DNA from: a virus | DNA length: 57,564 nucleotides | Virus genome (UHGV): UHGV-0182465 | Strand: one strand, 5' to 3' | Part shown: positions 9,164 to 18,015 of the stretch, piece after piece | Position numbering within the stretch: position 1 is the first letter of the stretch | Layout of the letters: each line of letters begins with the position of its first letter | The notes under the pieces: model-generated | The model's database searches: none | What the model saw: the letters and a program-made list of their open reading frames with translations, nothing else | Told to the model about the DNA's origin: nothing | Translations under genes and position numbers: made by a program

Positions 9164-9375
9164 TCCTTAGGTATTCCATCCGTTGGATTCGGATATAGAT
9201 CAGGACGTAATTCATGAGGCGTAACGCCCGTTGCATTAAAAACCTGTAAAACTCGCGATGAAGGCACAATACCTTTTGTTTTCCACTGACTTACTGCCAT
9301 GCCGCTTACTCCAAGCGTTGATGCTAATTTATTGGCTGAGCCAGCTACTCGAATTGCGTTATCAAGGGCTGTCAT
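9160..9375 (-). CDS. Cro/YdaS-like HTH regulator
   Basis: 71-aa HTH protein (SANKLASTLGVSGMAVSQWKTKGIVP) that is divergent from the CI-like gene. Confidence 0.6.
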   Translation of the reverse strand: MTALDNAIRVAGSANKLASTLGVSGMAVSQWKTKGIVPSSRVLQVFNATGVTPHELRPDLYPNPTDGIPKE

Positions 9376-9476
9376 ATCTATCTCCTCGTTAAGTTAGGCA
9401 TAATAAAGCATAGGTTTATATTCAATGCAAATTTTTAATTTATTGTGACTATAAACTAAACCTTTACAATGGGCTT

Positions 9477-9866
9477 ATGAAAAACACTGAAGAACTCAAC
9501 AACCAACTGATTGCTCGTTTGGAAGAAATTACTCAAAGAGGGATCAGCAAGGCGGATATGGCTCGCATTGCTGGAGTTACACCTCAGGCGGTGAATGGGT
9601 GGTTTAAGAAAGGAGTAATCAGTAAAAAGTCCGCAATTGCCCTCGCGGAAGCTGCCAATGTGTCTGTAACTTGGTTGCTTGGAGAGAAAGTATCTGAAGA
9701 TTCAGGCCTCAAGCCAAATGAGAGCAAAATGTTACGTCTGTTTAGGCAGTTACCTGAGGCTGAACAAGAGAGAATGATCGATACGTTTGAAGTCCGCCTA
9801 AAAGAAATCGATGATTATGTTGAGAAATATCTCCGTGGTCGATTTAAGGCTAGCGACACTAACTAA
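9477..9866 (+). CDS. CI-like HTH repressor without a peptidase domain
   Basis: HTH ISKADMARIAGVTPQAVNGWFKKGV. The gene is divergent from cro-like across a 100-bp AT-rich operator region and is followed by a strong terminator. Confidence 0.6.
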   Translation: MKNTEELNNQLIARLEEITQRGISKADMARIAGVTPQAVNGWFKKGVISKKSAIALAEAANVSVTWLLGEKVSEDSGLKPNESKMLRLFRQLPEAEQERMIDTFEVRLKEIDDYVEKYLRGRFKASDTN

Positions 9867-9887
9867 CATCTCTGATCTCACCCCATG

Positions 9888-9913
9888 AAACCGGCAAATG
9901 CCGGTTTTTTTTT
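9888..9913 (+). terminator. Rho-independent terminator downstream of the repressor gene
   Basis: AACCGGCAAATGCCGGTT hairpin followed by a T-tract of 9 or more. Confidence 0.65.
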
Positions 9914-10155
9914 GCCTGCCGCGCAGCCTCAATCACTCCAACAGCTCCCCTGTCTCGATTAAAGCAAAAGTTTGCATCTATATAAATCCAATATTGACAT
10001 TAAACATAAACCAATGCTTTAATCATTCCATCGCAGCAAGTCATCGAGGCAGGAAGCCCGCGTAGTAGCTGCCGGCGGCATACGAAACACCGGATGAGAT
10101 GACAGCAATATCAATCGCAGCAGGTTCAACGTTCGGCTGCCCGGCCTTAAGGGAA

Positions 10156-10287
10156 GGAAATAAGTATGGATAAAGCATACGAAGACTATTTTGAAAACCT
10201 CTCTGAAGGTGAAGAGGCACTGAGTTTCAGCGAGTTTACCGCGGCACTTTCAGGTAAGCCGGCAGACTGCGCCTCTTCTGAAATGTA
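10156..10287 (+). CDS. Small acidic protein, 43 aa, below the ORF-track cutoff
   Basis: Good RBS AAGGGAAGGAAATAAGT before the ATG. The product is MDKAYEDYFENLSEGEEALSFSEFTAALSGKPADCASSEM. Confidence 0.3.
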
Positions 10288-10589
10288 ATGGAAATCCTGC
10301 GCGCTTCGTGGTGGTGAATTGCAGGGTGAAAAAGCTCAATCGTGAAGATCAGCGTCACGACACCACCGACGAAGCGCGTCGAAGTAGTGAAAATAAAAAA
10401 TCAGGGTTTGCAATGCGGTGAATGCGGCTATGCGCACGCGACACAGTTAAAAAAGTAAACATGGCGGTTATTCACACGTTGTGGGGAAAAAGTTGTCGGC
10501 GGTAGTTGTTAACTGGCTGCCGTCACCGGGAGGCACCCGGCGCCGCATTGCAAAACCACATCCTAATACTGAGTTAACTGGAGATAACT

Positions 10590-10718
10590 ATGAAGGATTT
10601 TGCCCGAGTACCTACCGGGAACCAGGCGACCCGCCTGAACTGGTTCGAGGTGAGACTACGCCAGCTGTGTTACTTGCTGGCGCAGAAAGGAAACCCTGAG
10701 GCTGAGGCATGAATACCC
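10590..10718 (+). CDS. Small protein of 42 aa, translationally coupled to the next gene
   Basis: RBS GGAGATAACT before the ATG. Its stop overlaps the start of the next gene (ATGA). Confidence 0.3.
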
Positions 10719-10903
10719 TGTTTGCCCTTGTCATCAGCGTATGTGCTCTCACTGGTGAATGCTCTGATGTTCTGATCGGTGTTTATCCATCAGAGGCCAG
10801 TTGCAACAGCAACGCCGATGAACAAAAAGTACAGGGCCAGTGCCTCCCCTACCGAAATGCACAAAAAATGGCTGACGACCAACAACCTGCAGTGAGTTTT
10901 TGA
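10709..10903 (+). CDS. Small secreted protein with a signal peptide
   Basis: N-terminal MNTLFALVISVCALTG signal-like segment followed by several Cys. Confidence 0.35.
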   Translation: MNTLFALVISVCALTGECSDVLIGVYPSEASCNSNADEQKVQGQCLPYRNAQKMADDQQPAVSF

Positions 10904-10945
10904 ACCGAGTTTTGACCAATGGCCGTTACGGCCGGAGAAGTGATT

Positions 10946-11290
10946 ATGGAATTTGGAATGAAACGCGTTCTGGCATCTGTCCAGGCCGCCGCCACTTTGA
11001 ATAAGCTCTATGACGGCTCGCCCGTTTCACTGACGGCCATCAGTAAAGAGTCAAAGCTGTCTACTTCATACCTTGAGCAGATCTTCAAAAAGCTGCGGGT
11101 GGGTAACCTGGTAATATCACAGCGTGGCCCAGGTGGTGGTTATAGCCCCCGCGGCGATGACATCACCGTTACAGAAGTGATCACTGCGGTATCTAAACTG
11201 CCAGCCCATAAAACTTTTGAGCCTATCCTGCGAGCGCTTGACGACGTTCGCGTATCACAGCTGCTGCGGGGCGATTCGCCAGCCCCATAA
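10946..11290 (+). CDS. Rrf2-family (IscR/NsrR-like) winged-helix transcriptional regulator
   Basis: SKLSTSYLEQIFKKLRVGNLVISQRGPGGGYSPRGDDITVTEVITAV matches the Rrf2 signature (LEQI..KL...G.V.S.RG..GGY.L). The start could be 10946 or 10958. Confidence 0.55.
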   Translation: MEFGMKRVLASVQAAATLNKLYDGSPVSLTAISKESKLSTSYLEQIFKKLRVGNLVISQRGPGGGYSPRGDDITVTEVITAVSKLPAHKTFEPILRALDDVRVSQLLRGDSPAP

Positions 11291-11431
11291 AGCACAAAAC
11301 CCGCGCAAGGCGGGTTAAGTACCCGGTTAGCCGACCAAAGCTTTCCGGAATCGAGTTTTGACCAATGACCACCACCAGGGCGGCTGCCATCAGCTGCCGG
11401 GTATCTTACAATCCAAAGGAGCCCAAACGCA

Positions 11432-13570
11432 ATGAACAACTATCCGTATCTCATTAAAGCGAAGGCAAAAGCAAACGAAGCGAAAAGTCTCTTCTGCTGG
11501 TTCTCTGCTAAATCCGATTCTCGCGCCGAGCGCAAAATCCTGGACATCCTGGAAGACGCTGAAATTAACGTTGGCCGCGGCGCCAGCCATCAGCTACCGA
11601 TCCGCACCAACTGGCTCATCGTTGATGACTTACCGGAAGAAGGTGTACTGGATGACACCTGGTGCGATCGCTACGAGCTTGGTGGTGAAGACGGGCTGAC
11701 ATGGCAAAAAATCGTTGCGCCGGCGGCTGCTGAACCACAGCCCTCCAGTAAACCAGAAAACGATATCTCTCCTGCAAATAGCGATGAAGAGGACTATTCG
11801 AACAATGAAGAAGCACTCTTCAACTTGGCGGAAATGTCATTCCGTACGCAGCTGCTTGCCCAGTATATGGCCGACGAGCGTCACGTGTATCACATTAGCA
11901 TTCCTCATCGTAACCGCCTTTCAGCGATGGAAATGGATACGGATAATCACAGTGTGCAGAATCTGCTGCTGACGGCAGAAAATATTCCGGAGCTTAAAAA
12001 ATATGATATGCCTGGCCTGTGGAAATTTACCAGTGCATTTAAGAGCGTATTTCCTGTGGGGAAACGCCATGAGCTCGGCAAGCAAATTCAGTTCGCCAAA
12101 TTGTGGCTTGAAACGTCGCACATTGACCGCGGGATCCTTACAAAGGAATGGGCTGCTGGAAACTATATCACCTCAATAAACAAAACCGATGCCGGCGCCA
12201 ATGCTGGCGGCGGAAACAAAACTGACCGCAATCCGGATTATCAGCATTCGCTGGATACTCTGGATATAGAGATCGCGCTTGCAACGATGCCTATGGATTT
12301 TGACATCTATAATTTTCCGGCATCAGTCCACCGCCGCGCGAAGGAAATAGTACAGAAGAAAGAAAGTCCATTTAAAGAATGGTCTGCAGCATTACGGAGC
12401 ACACCAGGCATCCTTGATTATTCCCGTGCAGCGATTTTTGCACTGATCAGGGAAGCATCCAGTGGAATAACTCCTTTTCCAGATCGGTTGCGTGGCTACA
12501 TCAACGCGAATCTGACTGAACATAAGCATGATACCCCGAGCGCTGAAACGCTTGCCAAGGCGGGGCATATTCCATCTGCAGCAGTCACTCTGGATGCAAT
12601 AAACCAAGCAATCGCCGGAGAGGATAGTAGCGCAAACCTGGAAACACTCTCCTCCGACTTTAAAGCAGTTGGTACCGAACTGGTAAAAGAGGCTCAAAAG
12701 CAACGTCCAGACGCTAATCAGGTTCTGGCCTCCGAGCGCGGCGAATATGTTGAAGGGATTAGCGACCCTACGGATCCGAAGTGGGTAACCGAAGACCTTA
12801 CCAAGACCAGGCAGCCTGAAGTTTCAAAAATTGGGGACGGAGTATTTTCCATTGACGGTCTTGTTGATGTTAAGGGCAAGGTTAACCAAAAAGAAAAAAC
12901 AGATGAAGTTGTTCATCAAACGGATGCTGTAGATATTGAATCCGGTCATCATAATAAGGATGAAGATCAGCCAATTGATTATGTTCACGTTATGGTTGAT
13001 CTGGAAACCATGGGTAAAAAAAATAACGCCCCTATCGTCGCTATTGGTGCGGTTGTTTTTGACCCGGCAACCGGCTCTATTGGAGAAAGTTTCTATAAAG
13101 TCGTATGCCTTGAATCCTCTGTGAACTGGGGCGCCGTAATCGATCCATCTACTGTTATCTGGTGGCTTAAGCAGTCCTCCGAAGCACGCTCTGCGATCGT
13201 AAATGATGATGCTATCCCGTTGCAGGATGCATTACTCCAGTTCAGAGAATTTGTTTCTGATAATGTCGCTGGTGGGAGCAAAAAGGCGCAGGTATGGGGT
13301 AACGGTGCGTCATTCGACAACTCTATTCTGCGTTCTTCTTACGATTGCATTGCTGAAGATTATCCGTGGGAATACTGGAACGATCGGGACGTACGAACAA
13401 TGGTAGAGCTCGGCCAGGCCATTAGCTTCGACCCCAAAACAACGATCCCGTTTGAAGGGTCTCGTCACAATGCCCTCGCTGATGCTATTCATCAGGCCCG
13501 CTATGTATCAGCGATCTGGCAGCGAATAATTGCCGGCAATCAGGTGCTGCAAAAATTGATGCAAAACTGA
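11432..13570 (+). CDS. Early-left-operon protein with a C-terminal DEDDh (DnaQ-like, Rv2179c-type) 3'-5' exonuclease domain
   Basis: Exo I VMVDLETMG, Exo II VWGNGASFDN and Exo III SRHNALADAIHQARY. The N-terminal ~500 aa have no recognisable domain. Confidence 0.6.
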   Translation: MNNYPYLIKAKAKANEAKSLFCWFSAKSDSRAERKILDILEDAEINVGRGASHQLPIRTNWLIVDDLPEEGVLDDTWCDRYELGGEDGLTWQKIVAPAAAEPQPSSKPENDISPANSDEEDYSNNEEALFNLAEMSFRTQLLAQYMADERHVYHISIPHRNRLSAMEMDTDNHSVQNLLLTAENIPELKKYDMPGLWKFTSAFKSVFPVGKRHELGKQIQFAKLWLETSHIDRGILTKEWAAGNYITSINKTDAGANAGGGNKTDRNPDYQHSLDTLDIEIALATMPMDFDIYNFPASVHRRAKEIVQKKESPFKEWSAALRSTPGILDYSRAAIFALIREASSGITPFPDRLRGYINANLTEHKHDTPSAETLAKAGHIPSAAVTLDAINQAIAGEDSSANLETLSSDFKAVGTELVKEAQKQRPDANQVLASERGEYVEGISDPTDPKWVTEDLTKTRQPEVSKIGDGVFSIDGLVDVKGKVNQKEKTDEVVHQTDAVDIESGHHNKDEDQPIDYVHVMVDLETMGKKNNAPIVAIGAVVFDPATGSIGESFYKVVCLESSVNWGAVIDPSTVIWWLKQSSEARSAIVNDDAIPLQDALLQFREFVSDNVAGGSKKAQVWGNGASFDNSILRSSYDCIAEDYPWEYWNDRDVRTMVELGQAISFDPKTTIPFEGSRHNALADAIHQARYVSAIWQRIIAGNQVLQKLMQN

Positions 13571-13622
13571 TTTTGTATTTTCAGATACTGGCCCAGCAAT
13601 GGGCCATGATGAGGTAAAACAT

Positions 13623-13868
13623 ATGCTCCAGATGTTAACCCTTGAAGAGTGGGCAAACGAGAAATACAGAAGCAATCCTCCAAGTGTTTCCACTCTCAGG
13701 AATTATGCTAAACAGAATATGTTTTCTCCCCCAGCCAAAAAAGAAGGTCGATTCTGGCGCGTCAGGGAGGATGCTGAGTTGGTCGGTACATTGACCACTC
13801 CTGTAGTAAAGAAAAGCGACCCTGTTCTTTTGCAGAGGATTTTGAACGATGGCTGCCAGACCACGTAA
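13623..13868 (+). CDS. xis: Excisionase, lambda Xis-like
   Basis: MLQMLTLEEWANEKYRSNPPSVSTLRNYAKQNMFSPPAKKEGRFWRVRE resembles lambda Xis YLTLQEWNARQRRPRSLETVRRWVRECRIFPPPVKDGREYLF. GAGGT SD lies 8 nt before the ATG at 13623, and the gene overlaps the int start. Confidence 0.6.
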   Translation: MLQMLTLEEWANEKYRSNPPSVSTLRNYAKQNMFSPPAKKEGRFWRVREDAELVGTLTTPVVKKSDPVLLQRILNDGCQTT

Positions 13869-14976
13869 AAATAATATATCTATTCCAAATTTATACCCGC
13901 TCTTCAGCAGAAAGGTTAATAAAGTATACTGGCGTTATAAGCACCCGATAACTGGTAAGTTTCATAGTCTAGGAACAGACGAAGCAGAGGCCACGGCAAT
14001 AGCTATTGAAGCAAATAAAAGACTGGCGGAACAACAAACCCGCCAGATAATGGCAATCACTGACAGAATTTCCACCAGCTCAGGAAAATCAATATCAACT
14101 AACACCTGGCTTGAACGTTACTGGAAGATTCAGCAGGAAAGATTGAAGTCCGGAGATATTAAAGAAAACACTATCAAACAAAAAGCAAAACCAGTATCTC
14201 TGCTTAAGGAACGGGTAGGAATGAAATTAATATCCGCTGTCAATGTTCGAGATGTTGCGCAAATTCTTGATGAATATTTAGCGGAGGGACAACCCAGAAT
14301 GGCTCAGGTCATTCGCTCTGTCCTAATAGATGTTTTTAAAGAAGCTCAGCATGCGGGAGAAGTACCTCCTGGTTATAACCCTGCACTAGCAACTAAACAA
14401 CCTCGTAGAAAGATCACTCGCCAGCGCCTCACTCTTGAGGAATGGCAAAAGATTTTTGATATAGCCGATGAAAATCACAAATACATGGGGAACGCCATGC
14501 TTTTAGCCATAGTAACAGGACAGCGACTAGGTGATATATCCCGTATGAAATTCTCGGACATCTGGGACGATCATCTACACGTTGAGCAAGAGAAAACCGG
14601 AAGCAAAATCGCTATACCATTAGCTCTGCGTTGCAACGCAATCAACTGGAGCCTCCGAGATGTAATCAGTCGTTGCCGGGATTATGCAGTAAGCCCTTAT
14701 TTGGTTCATTTCTTTAGAACCACCTCACAGGCTGAGCGAGGAGCACAGGTGAAACCCAGAACACTGACCATGAATTTCAGCAAGGCAAGAGACAGTGCAG
14801 ATATTGACTGGGGACAAGGTACACCGGCAACTTTCCATGAACAAAGATCGCTTTCCGAGCGGTTATATAAAGCCCAAGGTATAAACACGAAAGATTTACT
14901 TGGACATAAAACTCAACAACAAACGGATAGGTACCATGATGATCGTGGGAAGGGGTGGACAACGGTGGCCTTATGA
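13849..14976 (+). CDS. int: Lambda-family tyrosine integrase
   Basis: Colinear with lambda Int, for example LAIVTGQRLGDISRMKFSDIWDDHLHVEQEKTGSKIAIP versus lambda LAVVTGQRVGDLCEMKWSDIVDGYLYVEQSKTGVKIAIP. The C-terminus HEQRSLSERLYKAQ...LLGHKTQQQTDRYHDDRG carries the R, H-x-x-R and Y residues. Confidence 0.85.
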   Translation: MAARPRKNNISIPNLYPLFSRKVNKVYWRYKHPITGKFHSLGTDEAEATAIAIEANKRLAEQQTRQIMAITDRISTSSGKSISTNTWLERYWKIQQERLKSGDIKENTIKQKAKPVSLLKERVGMKLISAVNVRDVAQILDEYLAEGQPRMAQVIRSVLIDVFKEAQHAGEVPPGYNPALATKQPRRKITRQRLTLEEWQKIFDIADENHKYMGNAMLLAIVTGQRLGDISRMKFSDIWDDHLHVEQEKTGSKIAIPLALRCNAINWSLRDVISRCRDYAVSPYLVHFFRTTSQAERGAQVKPRTLTMNFSKARDSADIDWGQGTPATFHEQRSLSERLYKAQGINTKDLLGHKTQQQTDRYHDDRGKGWTTVAL

Positions 14977-14993
14977 GGTTTTTCGGGAGGGGT

Positions 14994-15025
14994 TTTGATA
15001 ACTTGTTTTGATAAAATTTTGATAA
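14994..15025. repeat. Three direct TTTTGATAA repeats between int and the att core, candidate arm-type or IHF-type sites
   Basis: GGTTTTGATAACTTGTTTTGATAAAATTTTGATAACC immediately 3' of the int stop. Confidence 0.35.
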
Positions 15026-15042
15026 CCGTTCGAAAACTAATA

Positions 15043-15071
15043 ATAAAAACGGGAACCACCAGGTTCCCGTT
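15043..15071 (-). terminator. Perfect 10-bp hairpin plus T-tract, terminator for the icd-type reading frame (possibly also retroregulating int)
   Basis: AACGGGAACC-acca-GGTTCCCGTT with AAAAA on the plus-strand 5' side, giving a U-tract on the minus strand directly after the icd' stop. Confidence 0.5.
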
Positions 15072-15097
15072 CTGACATAATCTGGGGGCCAGATTAC

Positions 15098-15258
15098 ATG
15101 TTCGCGATAATCGCGTCGCCAAACTCTGAACATTTCAGCAGTTTAGCGCCTTCCATCAGACGTTCAAAGTCATAGGTCACGGTCTTGGCGGCGATAGCGC
15201 CTTCCATGCCTTTGACGATCAGGTCTGCGGCTTCGAACCACTGCATATGGCGCAGCAG
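15098..15258 (-). pseudogene. icd: Phage-type copy of the 3' end of isocitrate dehydrogenase (icd), about 53 codons; att-core-adjacent fragment typical of icd-integrating lambdoid phages (e14/phage 21)
   Basis: Minus-strand translation [54 protein letters not shown] versus E. coli Icd C-terminus [54 protein letters not shown]. Homology stops abruptly at 15258 at an in-frame TAA with unrelated AT-rich DNA beyond. Confidence 0.8.
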
Positions 15259-15578
15259 TAGTTAACTAACAACATCATTACTTATTGATTTAAAAAGAAA
15301 AATAGGTGTTTTTGATATGTGGTTAATGTTTTTAGCCTAAGCCCTAACCTATTGAAATTCATTAGTATATTTTCAGTTTTGATAACTGGCTTTGAGTTTT
15401 TCAGCTCATCTGGATAGTGAATTATTAGCCAATAATACTCACTCCCTGTGAGTCGGGTTAAATATTTCGGATGTTCTAATTCATGCTTTGAAAGCATTAT
15501 AAAAATACTATAAAAAAGCCTCGAAATTCGAGGCTTTGATTGAAAGCGCCATCACTATAATATTATTTTAATAATTAT

Positions 15579-15902
15579 CTACCATGTAATTATTGCTCTT
15601 TTCCAAACCACCTTCCCTTTTTTCTCTTCTTTTACATACAGAATCTTTTTCATAATAAAATAAAAAACAAGAGAAAGCGCAATTATAGTAATATATGCAC
15701 CGATACCGAAAGATACCAGAAACACAACTAAGATTCCAAAGAGCGCTACCAGTAAAGACGTACCGATAGATACCAAATTAATTCTTTTGCGAGCGTCTCT
15801 TGATACATACCCTTTAATCTGAAATGCATGGCAACTTTGGCAGCGGTCCTCAGCAATTAAATATGCACCACAAAATGGACATTTTTCATCTTTTGTTATC
15901 AT
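15579..15902 (-). CDS. Zinc-ribbon membrane protein of 107 aa (CPFC...CQSC followed by two TM helices)
   Basis: Last gene of the low-GC GGDEF-EAL operon, with a 5-bp gap from the EAL gene. Confidence 0.45.
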   Translation of the reverse strand: MITKDEKCPFCGAYLIAEDRCQSCHAFQIKGYVSRDARKRINLVSIGTSLLVALFGILVVFLVSFGIGAYITIIALSLVFYFIMKKILYVKEEKKGKVVWKRAIITW

Positions 15903-15907
15903 TTATT

Positions 15908-16642
15908 TTAAATCTCGACATAATAGTAATCGCTCATCCACAACCTTCCCTGGCAAGCGCAATCAACAACAGAATGTACTTTATTTTTTTGTTCTATTGT
16001 CTCAACTCCCTCAACAATTACGAAATTGCAGTATGATTTTACTTCATTTAATATCTTAAATAATTTACTCTCATACTGTATTTCCCAGAAATAATCTTTA
16101 TCGATTTTTATACATTCAAAATTAAACATCTGAATAATTGTAATACTTGTTAAGCCCCTCCCAAAATCATCCAGCCATACTGGACACAATTTCGAAAGAC
16201 ACTTTAAGTCACTCATACAGCATTTAGTATTAAATTCATGAAACTCTTCGTTAATCTCAAAGGCAATGTTTTTTTGTTTTTTTAAGTAATCGCTAATATA
16301 TTTATCATTCAAGATGTAATCGCTAATTAGGCTGTCAACATTCAACGAAACTGGCTTTAACTTCAATTTAGAAGCGTCAATTTCTTCAATTGTCAATATC
16401 TGTTTATTAAACAAATCGATTTTTTCTTTGTCACTTAGTGCGCTGAAACAAAAAGCATTTTCATTAGCAAGATAACCATTAGCATTCTTTTTTTTAACAT
16501 TTTTCGTGAGAATTTCCCAAGAATGTACAGAACCATCTTTTTTGTAAGATGGTTCTAAAACAAATCTATAGGATTCTATTTCCACACTGTTCTTTATCAT
16601 TAAAAAAAACACCGGAACTAAGAATAATCCTAATCGTGTCAT
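15908..16642 (-). CDS. Stand-alone EAL-domain c-di-GMP phosphodiesterase, PdeH/YhjH-like
   Basis: LCPVWLDDFGRGLTS...NFVIVEGVETIEQKNKV...CQGRLW parallels PdeH FGPLWLDDFGTGMAN...RGVIVEGVETPEEW...AQGWFL. The EIL motif (WEILTKN) matches PdeH ELL. Confidence 0.65.
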   Translation of the reverse strand: MTRLGLFLVPVFFLMIKNSVEIESYRFVLEPSYKKDGSVHSWEILTKNVKKKNANGYLANENAFCFSALSDKEKIDLFNKQILTIEEIDASKLKLKPVSLNVDSLISDYILNDKYISDYLKKQKNIAFEINEEFHEFNTKCCMSDLKCLSKLCPVWLDDFGRGLTSITIIQMFNFECIKIDKDYFWEIQYESKLFKILNEVKSYCNFVIVEGVETIEQKNKVHSVVDCACQGRLWMSDYYYVEI

Positions 16643-16956
16643 AATTAAATATGAAAGAGAAATAGTTTAAAATGATCGATAACGATCTAATGATAGGTGA
16701 AAACTATCATACTTTGAGTATCGATCGATTATTCAAATCAAATGAAAAAAAAGGTAAAAAAAGAAACATGATTTCATTATTAAAACTATTTGGATCAGAT
16801 AGTTGCATTAAGCGAATGACTTGGGTGGCAAATGTCCAATGTAAGTTGAAAGGCGCTTGTGGTTTCGAAGAGATTAATCCTTGTTAAAACCGTGGATAAT
16901 AAACGTTCTTAAACATATATATGTATAAAATAATGAGAAAAGAAATCATATCATCT

Positions 16957-18015
16957 TCAATTATTTGGTATACAATATCCATCCTTTCCGTTACGTTTAA
17001 CTTCATATAGCATTTCATCAGCCTCTTTGATCCACTCGATGATTGATTCTTTATTTTCTGCACAAGAAATACCGATACTGACGGTACAGTACATATCTTT
17101 GTGGGAAGGCAATGAAAGATCTTTAATATTTTTTTGAATTAAATGAACCATAGCTATAACAAGCTTGCTATTACTGTTGTTAACAATTATAGCCAACTCA
17201 TCGCCACCAATTCTTGCTGGCACGTCCTTCTCACCAGCGCACTCTCGTAATATTGTTGATATACGAGATAACACCGCATCGCCTACTTCATGACCATAGG
17301 TATCATTAATTTTTTTAAAATTATCAACATCAATGAGCATAAGATATGAATGAGTTCTTTTTTTACGCGTCGCACGAAAAGCACTTTCCATTTTCTGCTC
17401 AAAAAAACGGCGATTTGGAAGATCTAGACCAGGATCCATCAGGGCCTGCTTTTCCAGTAACTCCCTTCTTTTCCTCAACTTTATAGATAAATGTCTTGAA
17501 ACTACACTCAATACAATGGGATAGCAGGTTGCCAAGGGTAAAGAAAGCAATACCGTTCGGGTACTGAATTCAATCGTATATCTGAAATCATTTGCTAACC
17601 AAACTGCCAGGAAACTAATCATCATACACGTTAATGCTGGTTTTAAAATTTGCCATCCACCAGCAGCATAGCGATCAGCTATTTGAACTGAAATTATGAA
17701 TAATGATGGAATTGGACTAACTTGCATTACGGCTATCCAGATACCAGCCCAGAATGAATCAAGTATCATATTCTTTTTTTCAGTACCCAGCATATCCTTC
17801 GACATCATGCTTGCCAGATAAGCAACCGATGGCCAGATGAGTGCATTCAGAATTAACAAGGCTATTGTTATTTTTTGATGTGACTGCTCCTGGAGGACAG
17901 AATATATAGGAAGAAAGCAAAGAACGACACCAATCTGACGTAAAAAAAATACTCGTTTAATAAACGATGAATTTCTATCAGATATGTATTTTTCATCCGG
18001 GAAATTTGTTAACAT
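16957..18015 (-). CDS. Membrane-anchored GGDEF diguanylate cyclase with an N-terminal multi-TM sensor domain and GGDEL active-site variant
   Basis: About 190 aa of TM helices, then the GGDEF domain LMLIDVDNFKKINDTYGHEVGDAVL...ARIGGDELAIIV. No RxxD I-site. GC about 32 %. Confidence 0.7.
   Translation of the reverse strand: MLTNFPDEKYISDRNSSFIKRVFFLRQIGVVLCFLPIYSVLQEQSHQKITIALLILNALIWPSVAYLASMMSKDMLGTEKKNMILDSFWAGIWIAVMQVSPIPSLFIISVQIADRYAAGGWQILKPALTCMMISFLAVWLANDFRYTIEFSTRTVLLSLPLATCYPIVLSVVSRHLSIKLRKRRELLEKQALMDPGLDLPNRRFFEQKMESAFRATRKKRTHSYLMLIDVDNFKKINDTYGHEVGDAVLSRISTILRECAGEKDVPARIGGDELAIIVNNSNSKLVIAMVHLIQKNIKDLSLPSHKDMYCTVSIGISCAENKESIIEWIKEADEMLYEVKRNGKDGYCIPNN

Noticed and set aside
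10481-10699. ORF 10481..10699 (72 aa)
   Set aside because: A shorter in-frame-independent ORF at 10590..10718 has a strong GGAG RBS and a stop/start overlap with the next gene. The 72-aa frame has a Pro/Arg-rich composition typical of an off-frame read.
15258-15300. Continuation of icd upstream of the fragment, i.e. an intact icd gene
   Set aside because: The icd frame hits TAA immediately 5' of LLLRHMQW, and sequence beyond 15258 is AT-rich with no Icd-like translation in any frame. Only the ~53-codon phage-type 3' copy is present.
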